A stretch of 64,000 nt of DNA, from NCBI GenBank assembly GCA_024704765.1, contig JAKMXF010000364.1, positions 62,001 to 126,000 on the forward strand, in the 5' to 3' direction. Position 1 is the first letter of the stretch, and each line of letters starts with the position of its first letter. The position numbers were made by a program, and so were the translations under genes. Below the pieces are notes generated by a model. It was not told the origin of the DNA, did not search any database, and saw only the letters and a list, made by a program, of their open reading frames with translations. Below, piece by piece: positions 24,991-35,034 of this stretch. This DNA is from Oopsacas minuta. Its lineage: Eukaryota; Animalia; Porifera.

Positions 24991-25723
24991 AGGGGTTCAT
25001 TTGGGGGTGGCCCCAGAATGAAAATTTTTATCTTAAATTTTAGAGGGCTCTTCTCTATTTGGGGTGCTTCCCCACCAAATTTTATATAGTGATCTATAAT
25101 CCTGAGGTCTCTCAAGTTTCGGGGTTCCCTCCTCCAAATTTTATAACTTATCACATATTTTAGATCGCCCTCTATATTTGGGGGTGTCCTCTCCCCAAAT
25201 TCAATATTGTTATTTATTGTTCAGTTTGGGGTTTTACCATTCTTTTCAATATCGGAGTTTTCCCTCTAAACTATGTAGGTCAACCCACTTTCTTGTTATC
25301 AAAATTTCAACTACCAGATGTTTTCCATAAATATATAGTGAGAAATATGTAGTGTATTTATGAAACTCTAAATCTCATAGTGATTGAAAATGTTGTAAAT
25401 GTGTTCAACAAAAGTTTGAATTGTATTTAACAAAGAAAGGTCTTAGGTGTTACTGAAGCAATTGGTTCATAATGGTAGCAGTCATTATGGAGGTAGATAT
25501 TGAGAGAGCTTGAAACGTTCTTTCCTCTCTTAGGACTGAAACCTTGGTGAGAAATTTTCTGCCATTCTTTATCCTTGAAGACAAAAATACCTGTTTCTAA
25601 CCATATTGCAGAAGAAATAATTCAACGTCACTAGCCCAAACTGTTGTTGCTGACATGTTCGTCTTAGAAAAATATCCACTCATCTTTTGGTCATGTTTTA
25701 TCTCAACATAATTATCACATAGG

Positions 25724-26823
25724 CAGGGGCGTAGATCCGTGATTTTTCTGGGGGGATGGAGAATTTAAAACTAGCACTTTTCTGCATATGATAAATATGA
25801 GTATGCCATAATCGTAGTCATTAAACTTCCTAACTCGACAAAAAGATAGACAATAATAAAAACAGCTAAGAACATAGATCATAGTATATATAATATACTT
25901 TATACTTGTTAGTATGAAAAGAACCTAATGATTTAATATATCTAGATTCCAGTAAAAATTATTCGAAATTGCCAAATATTTTTCGACTTATTTCATTTCT
26001 TGTCGAAAACTATTTTGCTAGTGTCGCGATATTCTAAATTAAAATGGCCAATACCAAATTAAAGAAAAACTAGTGACAATTATTCGAAAAGACTCTACGA
26101 GTGCGAATTATTAATAAGCACGATAGAGATTTTTACAAGTATACATTTAACAGGATTGTAACCAGGGTTGTTTGATTTAATCAAGTGATTTAAATCATTG
26201 ATTTAAATCAAAATCCGAGTTTTATCAAAATATCTTATTAAAATTCAATATTTTGATGTTTTGATTATTTTCTCAAGCTGATTATGTCCATTCTGATATT
26301 ATTATGGATACCTATCGAAAAACTATTCATTTGTACAGTCAGAATCGCTTATCGTGAACCCCTTCATAATGACTTGGCTTAATACAAATCTTATGTAAAC
26401 CGAAGAATTGGGACCTGAGAGGGTTGTTCATAATGAACAAATGTTCATATTAAGCCGGATGGTTCAGTCAGCTGTCATACAAAATCCGATTAAAATAAAA
26501 TAATCCGATTAAATTCAAAAATCTAATTTTTTGATATTTTTAATAAATCATGATTTTTATCAACCCTGATTCTATAATATATATTTCAATGAGTAGATAC
26601 GGAACGACATCTCAGATTAATATCTTTGAAAACATACTCGAGAACAGTGAAATTTGAATATAACAAAAGGATAATCTGCTGAAACCCAAAAGATTTGAGA
26701 GCAAAAATAATGTAGATGTATCTCAAAAGTTAAAATGTAGGGGGGATGATTACATAGAGCATCCCCCAAGCTCATAAGTGGGGGGGGATATATCCCCCCA
26801 TCCCCCCGGGATCTACGCCCCTG
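25724..26823. mobile_element. Non-autonomous hAT element
   Basis: 15-bp TIR CAGGGGCGTAGATCC. Perfect 8-bp TSD CACATAGG at 25716-25723 and 26824-26831. Confidence 0.92.
26163..26568. mobile_element. hAT MITE nested in 25724-26823
   Basis: Ends CAGGGTTG / CAACCCTG with subterminal gatttaaatc repeats. TSD degenerate (5/8 match). Confidence 0.6.
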
Positions 26824-28484
26824 CACATAGGGAAGATGTACTCATAAAGGCTAATAATTTCTTGCGAATTATCTCATGCATATCTTTATTTGCTGATTAC
26901 TACCAAGCAAGTGCCCTGAATAGGTAGTTTCCATCTGCAATTATTGATATTTTTTCTTCAGGAATGCAATAATCTAATATGAATTTTTGATGAATTATCC
27001 TAACAGAAGAAAAATGTGTCAGCTTTTGAAAATCTAAGACTATCTTACAATTCAAAGTTCTCCATTGATTATCTACTGGTAAAAATAGTAATTACTGGAG
27101 TTCGAAGATCTCGTCCTATTGGCTATATATTGTACACTTTGGTATTTTTGACGTTCTTCTGATTTGTTGCATAGAAGTTTTCCTGTTTCCTTGGTAATTT
27201 TTTTTTGACTTTTGGCTAATGGTATTATAAATCTACATCCGTAGTATTGGTCATGGAAGGAATTTCAGATTCGTTCAGAATACTATCTGATCTTGAGGAA
27301 TGTGTCAGTTTTAAAGGAATTGGAACAAACAAATTTTCTAATTTTGAAAAGTGAGTAAATTTGTCAACATTTATATCATCACATCCTGAATCTGACGAGA
27401 ACTCATTATCGGGATCTGAAAATATGCACTTGCGTTTCCTAAAGGCTTATTGGCTTTGAATTGAAAAGGAGTATCATTACCACCATCGATAACTGGAGTA
27501 CTCTTTCTTATTTCAGTTTGTTGATTATATGAAATTTCAACTGAAAACAGCAGTCATGAGCATAATTGCCCGGAAAAATGCGTTCTTCACATAGACGAGC
27601 TGTTAAAGGATCCAAAGTTTGTAATAGTTTGCGAAAATATATCCCTCATGTTCATTTTGGCCAGTCGTGGCCGGGTAATATCAAGTTTTTGGGTGATTTG
27701 GCATGATATTATCAATAATTTTGAACTCAATCCAACCTCCCACAAATGAACACCAAGCATTTTTAATCGAGCGACTCGTTAATTTTTCAGAATTTCAGCA
27801 TTTAGGCAATTCATATTATACCACTTGTATTTACTAAATTTCGAGCAAAGATTTTCAATTTTATATGAATAACTAGGAAGCATTTGATTCTCTTCTTTCT
27901 CAACCATCAATCAGAATGGCAGTCGATTCCTCTATCCAGATATCTGATCTTTCAGATGGCAAATTCTCCTCAATTTGGAGAAGATTCAGAGAATTGAAGT
28001 CTGAACTTGATGCTTTCAGCAAGTGTAACGATCTCTCAACATGACACCCACTCCTGTTTTATTCTACTCAACCCCCCGATCCCACAGAGGAACGTACTAT
28101 TGGAGAAGAGCGAATCGCTTTTGCAGTTGATCCTGCAGAGGAATCTCAAAACCTTTGCATAAATGATACTGAACAGTGGCGTAATGATGTCTAGTGCCGC
28201 TGGGGGCACATGCTCTAAACGCCGCCCCCTAAAACGTAACTTTATGAGTAGTTATCTTAAACAACTCCTGGAAAGGGTGTTGTTTGAAAATTCCCTTGCC
28301 CCTGCCCTGGTTCATTAGATACCATCTTTGGTTATTGTTTACATGATATGTGATTACACATATATGTTTTAACCTTTATCCGAAAATACAATAATACAAC
28401 CGCTTCTGGTCGTTAGTAGCTCTTCTTCACAGCCTGATCTTTCGTGCTTTGAGTCTCGCAAATTTATCGATCACATGGGTGAAG

Positions 28485-29793
28485 CAGGGGCCGTAGCCAG
28501 AGCGTAGAGTTAGGAGGGGCTAAGTAAACTTTAGGGGGGCTTGGATGCTTAAGATTTGTATATCTATTTTGGGGGTAGGCCCATACCCAACTCCCAAGCT
28601 ACTTTGGAGGAAGGTAAAATTACTTAGTTCATAAATATTCAGACAACTCTGGGGCCTTATTAACTAAAATTCTAAGAATAACTCTAAGAATTAATGAAAT
28701 ATTTTTAGTTTAGTTATGAATTCTTAACTTGGCAATACTTAGAGGATTCTAAGAATAATTCTTAGAATTAAGCAATTTTAAAATTATTCTTAGAATTAGG
28801 TAATTCTACTTGATTGATTCTTAGCTTTTGATTAATAAAATTTATGACAATTCATTCGACTTCAATCGCTTTTTGAGAAGATATGCACGTAGTAGAAAAT
28901 AAAATCCTTAACTTGTATACTTGAATTATCATGAATGAGATCCACGAGTGACATTATCTCCTCCTTGAATGAGATTCTTTGAATGAGTTTTCGATTTTTC
29001 AGTGGTCATAATGCGAGCGATTGGTAAGATATTATCATAATTAATTAACAATTTATAACTAAAGATGACAATATACTTAAATGGATAAAATTGCATAGAT
29101 TGCGTAAATTTTTGCAGGGTGTCACTCAAATGACATTGAATTTATTTACCTTAGTTTAGATACAACACTATTATGTTTCAAAATATTTGAGATATAATGA
29201 TATAAGTACATTTTTTGATGTCATAATACAATTCAGAGTGACATCAAGAAATTGTATCTAAATATAGTTGGTATGTAGTTCGGCTAGTTCTATACTGTGG
29301 GAATTACAACATGTGGATATGATAATCAAAACATATTGTCTTAAGCGATTAACAATCTTCTTTGTAAATAAATGCATATTTATTATAATTTCATAGAAGA
29401 GTTGAATAAATTATAAGTTAAGTGTCCTCTTACCTCACTAAATATTTTTCCTAGAATTTGGCTTAAGAATTTAGTTAATAAGGCCCCAGGTATTCTATAG
29501 TTTCGCTTAGTAATCGTAAAATGTATCAAACTGGAAGGAATATATGTTGTGGTCATATAACAACAAAAATATAATTACAATGGTCGCTGTAAAAGGATCC
29601 ATATAATTAAGTATATTTACTAGCAAGAGGAATTAGATAACTACAATGTATAGTCAATTTGACATGTTCACAAAAATTTCCTCGATTTAACTAATATTTA
29701 AGATCTAAGATAGTAAAGATCAATATAGCTTAGCAAAAGTTACGAGGTGGTTGAATTTGGTAGGGGGGCTGAGCCCCCCTAGCTACGGCCCTG
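28485..29793. mobile_element. Non-autonomous hAT element (middle shell)
   Basis: TIR CAGGG(G)CCGTAGC. Perfect 8-bp TSD GGGTGAAG at 28477-28484 and 29794-29801. Confidence 0.9.
28649..29489. mobile_element. MITE with GGGGCC-start TIRs (PIF/Harbinger-like, tentative; inner shell)
   Basis: 20-bp IR CTGGGGCCTTATTAACTAAA / TTTAGTTAATAAGGCCCCAG and internal ttcttagaatt repeats. TSD ambiguous. Confidence 0.6.
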
Positions 29794-30563
29794 GGGTGAA
29801 GTAACTTAAGATACAACACTGGTTAGAAAGGATATAAATTATCATGGGATTACATGAGATTTATCATAGTTGTGTGGACCAATATGTCAAAATGCCGCCC
29901 CCAAGAAAGTGCCGCTGGGGGCACGTGCCACTATTGCCCCCCCCGTCGTTACGCTACTGCCTACAATTCGACTTAAGATATTCCGAATATTAATTATCAT
30001 ACTAATGCTTGCAAATTTTTTGTTATTTGATAGAATATATTGCAATATATAGATTGACATGTTAAATTATATTATTTATTATGAGTTATTAAATACAATT
30101 ATCAAATGCCTACCACCTTCTGTACAAGTAATATTATTATAAAATATTTATATACACTGTCTATTTTTGGCATTTTGAATAATTATACATATTGTAAATT
30201 TGTAATACGCAGTGGGGACATAGTTTACATGTTACCAAACAAATTCACTACTTTCTAGAATCCAACTCTAAATTGCTTTCTTTATTTAGTTACGCACAGT
30301 CTGTTACATAATTATTCAGAATGGAGATGTTTTGTTACAAAACTTCAGTACTTTGTCCTACTTCACTCATGCTACTTGCGTTTCGCTGTCCATAATGGCT
30401 TAATGATATATTTTGCTAAAATTCCCTGAACCAAGTCATTATCTTATTGTTTCCTGAAATTTTGCTCTTTATTATTAATTATGACCTCATGTAAATGTTT
30501 ATTTTGACCTCCATTACTATTACTTACCTTAATTATTTCCCTACTTGACAATTGGCGCTGAGA

Positions 30564-31308
30564 ATGACTCAATACGAGAAGAGGGAAATTGTGAAGACAC
30601 TTCTACAATCCGGAAGCATTTGCCAAAGGAAATTTTTGTTAATTGTGGAATTTCCTTAGCTACAGTTTACAATGTTAAACGCCGATTAGATGAAGGTGTA
30701 CCGCTATTTCACCAAAGTGCGCAGGGAGACCCAATAATTTGCGATCTTCCATCCAATTGTCTATTCTTCACCAGGTACGATGTAAACCATACTTCTCTTC
30801 GCGAACATTAGCAAGTCGTACAGGTAATCAGTCTTCCTATCAGACTGTCCGGAGAGTGTTGAAGGACCAATCTTACACCAAACCTTACCATGCTCAGATC
30901 CCTATGTTGAGTGAAAAAATCGCATGTACAGGGTAGAATGGGCATAAAAGTACAAATACTTGAAGAAACAATGGGTTCAAACAATATTTCTTGACGAGAT
31001 GTCAATCTGGCTCTCAAGGGGAAGATTAAGGATGCAGACAAATTCCAACAAAAAAACGATCGCCCCAACAACGAAGAATGTCCCAAAGATACACGTGTGG
31101 GCTGCATTCTCATCTATGGGTACATTGCAATTGTGCGTTTTCACTAACAATATGAACAGTGTAATGTTTTTAGATATATTGGAAAGATATTTGATAACTC
31201 AAGCACAGGTATATCATGAAAGTCAGTGGCGATTGGTGTGGGACAATGATTTAAAACACATATCGCAAAAGGTCCGTGCCTGGTTGGCACAAAATGTACC
31301 AAATTTTC
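30564..31308 (+). pseudogene. Tc1 (DD34E-type) transposase fragment, 3'-truncated
   Basis: IFLDEMSIWL, PKIHVWAAFS, WDNDLKH. Related to the 11389 element. Confidence 0.8.
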
Positions 31309-31770
31309 AGGGTTCTATCTACTGGGGGGTGGGGGGAAGCTTCCTCCCCAAACTCTTCAGCTTCCCCCCCAAAATCTCATAAATTGTACTAGTAATCGCA
31401 ATATATTATTCAATAGATAAATTATTAGAATATCAATTCATTGTGAAAATACTATTTGAAATGTAAATAAATAACATGTGGGAAACTTGAATCACATTTC
31501 ATACTATTTGCAACTGGGAAATAATAACATATGTTGGAAAGTACACACAGTAGTTTGAATGCAAAGAATAGACAAAAAATAGATTTCATTATTAATGGTT
31601 TGAACTCGTTCTTGTTTGTTTGAATAATGTTAATTTCAAATTTCAATTCGATCGAATACATATAGCTCTCACAATATGAATTTAAAGAATCAATCAAAAA
31701 TAGTTCTATTTGCGGTTTCAGTGATGCTAATATTAGCACCAATTTAAGTTTACTTGAGAGCGTCACAGAA
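31309..31770 (-). mobile_element. Possible hAT 3' fragment
   Basis: FKLLCVL...PVANSMKCDSSF resembles a hAT dimerization domain. CAGGG-start GC-rich terminus at ~31309. Confidence 0.35.
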
Positions 31771-32330
31771 TTCTCCGAATCAAATTTATTTTATTTCGTC
31801 AACACAATTCAGTTATGCTAAATCTGATTTCTCATTTTCGTCAGTGTATCTTTATTACATTTGGATTCAAAGTTGATTTGATTAATGGTACTTTAGAGGT
31901 ACAATATTTTTAAAAAAGAACTTCCAAATGGCCGCAAAAAAAAAAAACATCACAAAACACAACTTAGAAATTAATTCCAAAATGGCATTATAATATCTAG
32001 AAAGACATATTAAAATGATACGCCCCGAAACAGTGCGCAACATGAAAATTTCTAGCGAATTCCATTGTCACCTTTTTGTTGCTATGCAATTTATATGCTA
32101 AATTTATCTACTCGATTGCAGCATTCCAATTACCAATAAATGTAATATATAAATACATGATTAATATGACATTAACAAATTGAATTTGCTGATAATCAAC
32201 CGTTTTCTACGCTTTTATCAATGACTCAAGAACTAACTTTCCCTAACTCTCATCTTGAATTTGCGAAGATTTTGAAGACAACAACAACTGTATCTCGACG
32301 ACACTCAGTTTCTTTGAGCAGAACTTTCAA

Positions 32331-34415
32331 ATGGACTTCGAAGAAAGGAAACAATTGGAAGCAACGCTCCTCCGAGTAAGAAGCAGGATCAGGAAGGCAA
32401 AGAAATCGCTAGATTGCTTAGAGGGAGACTGGTGGCATTGTGGTATATCCATGGAACCAGAGTTGAAGAGGAACCGTTTTTATGATACCGTTGAGCTGTC
32501 TTCAGATGATGAAGAAGTCATATCCACACTCTCTGCAAACCATAGGAAGAGTATTGACAATCTCACGATGCAACAACAACGCTCACGACTCTCAAATGTC
32601 TTGGAATCTATCAAAGCACTCTCAATCGTTGAGAATACTTCAGAAATCAAGATAGCTGCACTTGCCTTGCAACTACTATCGAACCAAACAAAACAGCGAG
32701 AAATAGCTAAAGTTTCAAAATCTGTAGTCTATGACAAGTTTTCGGGTCAATTCGGTAAATTGTTGAAGAAAGAGCTCGATGTTACCAAGACAGTGTTCCT
32801 TGTAGATCTCCTAGAAATTGGCAGGAGGAAATACACACAACTCCGACATCACTTGCTATCTAGCGATATTCGTTTCCCGGCATACTATAGGGTAGTAGAA
32901 GAAAGAAACAGTATAATTTTACGGTCGGATATTCAGATGTACCCCAATCCTGAAACTCCACTTGGTGTATATATACCATATGCCCATCACGTCCGCCATA
33001 CTTTTTGCAGGATTATGTCCACGCTACCGCCACCTCCAGCTCAAGATTATCCCCTACAATTCCAGATAGCAGACGGACTAGATGGCTCTGGAAGTCACAC
33101 TGTATATAATCAATCAAACACGAATACAGATACTAAGTCGTTTATCTTATTCTGTTTCAGAGCTGTAAAGGTAATAAGCAATAGCGGTCGCGAACTCTGG
33201 AAAAATAACGCTCCCAATTCTCCTTTTGCTCAACGTCCGATTTTCCTCCTCGCTGCGAAAGAAAACGAAGCTAATATCAAGCGATTTATGGACGATCTAA
33301 TCAATACTGATACTGATCTTATGAGAAGTGAAGGATTTACTCTTGGCCCTGATCAGCAAGTACGAGTCGACATTGTTCGATCAATACTTGATGGGAAAAT
33401 GGCAGGAATTCTATCTGGAGCAGGTGGGGCAAGTTGTCAATTATGCACAGCAACTCATAAGGAACTCAGTGATCGTGAGTTGATAATACAGGGATTTCCT
33501 ATCAACAGGCACATTACTGATGCAATTCAACTTTTCTGTGAAATAGAAGACAGCCATTCGTTCTTCTCACTCCCTTCAAACCAACGTTGTAACATAACGC
33601 ACGAACCAACCTCAACAATAAACATCCTTCCAGCATCTCCGTTACACTCGTACACTGGCATTTTCAGGTGGTTCAATCTACTAATTTATCATATGAATTG
33701 TGGAAAACCCACATGGTCACCGACATCTTTGACGATAAAAAATTCAATGATATTTGTCAGAAATCTGATTGGAGGGAAGACAGGAATGAGGATAGATCAG
33801 CTGAATGCAAGTGGAGGTACTAGCTCTACTAGTAGTGTAGCTCGTCGAGCATTTTCCTGTGATTCGAAATACATTGAGTGTGTATTGTCAGTTGTTGAAA
33901 CAGAACACAAAGAAACACTTTCAAAACTACATACACACTTGTCAGCTATTCTTCGAATAATCAATTCAGACAGGATCATTAACACCGAGGTCTTTGGTGA
34001 TCTATGCACCGATACATATCTCTTGATCGTTGATTCATTACCTTGGGTGAGCATTACTTCAACATTACACAGGGTATTAGCTCACTCAGAGGAAATTTTG
34101 AAAGGGTCCAACCTTGGGCGAGGTCTGAAATGTTTCTCTGAAGAGGGATCCGAGGCATGCAACAAGTTACTAAGAAAGTATAGGGAGAATCTTGCAAGGA
34201 AGTCTTCATTTGAAGATAATCCAATGGACATTATCGTGAGACTGGCCTCTGAAAGTGACCCTGTATTGAATCAATTTCGTTCAAGTTTAGTTTGTGAAAG
34301 GTGTGGGGAACACGGCCACACAAAAAGAGCAAAGTGTTGTAGGGATAATACCGAAAATAGATTACTAGATTCTTCCATAGACGAAATTGTTGATTCACTT
34401 ATAATTAATTCATAG
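32331..34415 (+). CDS. RAG1-core-like (Transib/RAG1L) DDE transposase, 694 aa
   Basis: NBD-like aa ~72-128 and DDBD-like aa ~148-196. DGLD251GSG, NSPFAQRPIFL, ILD354GKM, C369QLC372, SPLH439, VARRAF, TLH580RVLAH585, SEEGSE608ACNKLLRKYRENLARK, SDPVL, and tail C655ERCGEHGHTKRAKCC670. Confidence 0.93.
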   Translation: MDFEERKQLEATLLRVRSRIRKAKKSLDCLEGDWWHCGISMEPELKRNRFYDTVELSSDDEEVISTLSANHRKSIDNLTMQQQRSRLSNVLESIKALSIVENTSEIKIAALALQLLSNQTKQREIAKVSKSVVYDKFSGQFGKLLKKELDVTKTVFLVDLLEIGRRKYTQLRHHLLSSDIRFPAYYRVVEERNSIILRSDIQMYPNPETPLGVYIPYAHHVRHTFCRIMSTLPPPPAQDYPLQFQIADGLDGSGSHTVYNQSNTNTDTKSFILFCFRAVKVISNSGRELWKNNAPNSPFAQRPIFLLAAKENEANIKRFMDDLINTDTDLMRSEGFTLGPDQQVRVDIVRSILDGKMAGILSGAGGASCQLCTATHKELSDRELIIQGFPINRHITDAIQLFCEIEDSHSFFSLPSNQRCNITHEPTSTINILPASPLHSYTGIFRWFNLLIYHMNCGKPTWSPTSLTIKNSMIFVRNLIGGKTGMRIDQLNASGGTSSTSSVARRAFSCDSKYIECVLSVVETEHKETLSKLHTHLSAILRIINSDRIINTEVFGDLCTDTYLLIVDSLPWVSITSTLHRVLAHSEEILKGSNLGRGLKCFSEEGSEACNKLLRKYRENLARKSSFEDNPMDIIVRLASESDPVLNQFRSSLVCERCGEHGHTKRAKCCRDNTENRLLDSSIDEIVDSLIINS

Positions 34416-34683
34416 ATTCATTAAAATGTTGAATCTATACATTCTGATCCAAATACTATACAGGGTAATAGTATACATACAGAGTAAGAGATTTTTCTTA
34501 TGAAGTGGAAATTTCTATGAGTTTTATTGAATAATTTTTTAAATGTGACGTCATCATAATATGTGATGACGTCATATCCAGAAATCTAGAAGCCATAGAA
34601 GAAATTTGATTACCCCATTCGATTCCTCAGATACGATAACCTATTCGCAAATAATACATTGCATATGGCTATCTGGTACTAGA

Positions 34684-34722
34684 ATACCTATTCTTTACTA
34701 ACTCCCATTTTAAACCACTGTG
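34684..34722 (-). repeat. 3' TIR of RAG1-like copy A (perfect RSS heptamer)
   Basis: Minus strand reads CACAGTG GTTTAAAATGGGAGTTAGTAAAG AATAGGTAT, ending ~300 bp after the stop codon. Confidence 0.88.
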
Positions 34723-34919
34723 CTTACTAATGAACCACAATTGTTAAAAATTAGAAAATGTCAGTAATTACGTCATAGCTAGGTTTATAGTCGTGCTACT
34801 AAAAAATCATTGGTATTTTTGAAACCTACAGTGTCGATTTAGTATATGTAAGTATAATTGTGGTGATATTACAAATTCATTTACCTATTTCCCCATTATG
34901 GCCATTTTGCCACACTGCA
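34723..34919 (+). repeat. Second copy of the copy-C 3' terminal ~197 bp, including its TIR
   Basis: Aligns by eye with 16566-16762 (cttacta.tgaaccacaattg...ccccattatggccattttgccacac). The heptamer reads TGCAGTG on the minus strand. Confidence 0.85.
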
Positions 34920-35034
34920 TTATATTTGGTAAATACCCAAGTCAAATTCTCATCTATTAACACATACTTCCATAATATGGATGGCACTCCCGACCTGACC
35001 CCCTGTGTAGATGTTGCAATGCACATGACCCTAA

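Larger units (their letters stand above)
25445..26945 (-). pseudogene. OTU-like cysteine protease domain relic, interrupted by a hAT insertion
   Basis: IADGNYLFRALAW (canonical DGNCLFRAL), HEIIRKKLLAFM. The frame continues across the TSD, then VWASDVELF...IYLHNDCYHYEPI after frameshifts. Confidence 0.65.
28174..29959. mobile_element. Probable non-autonomous hAT element (outer shell of a triple nest)
   Basis: Ends CAGTGGCGTAATGA / TCGTTACGCTACTG with shared GC-rich subterminal gtgccgctgggggcac. TSD not preserved. Confidence 0.55.

Noticed and set aside
32029-32065. AACAGTG CGCAACATG as the 5' TIR of copy A
   Set aside because: The first base is not C, there is no AATAGG-like word, and the flanking 5-mer CCCGA does not match the 3' flank CTTAC. 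A's left end remains unidentified.
23505-34727. A proven single 11.2-kb RAG-like transposon bounded by 23510 and 34722
   Set aside because: The TSDs disagree (TAATC vs CTTAC), and each end is the 3' TIR of its own oppositely oriented transposase copy. Kept only as a potential composite.
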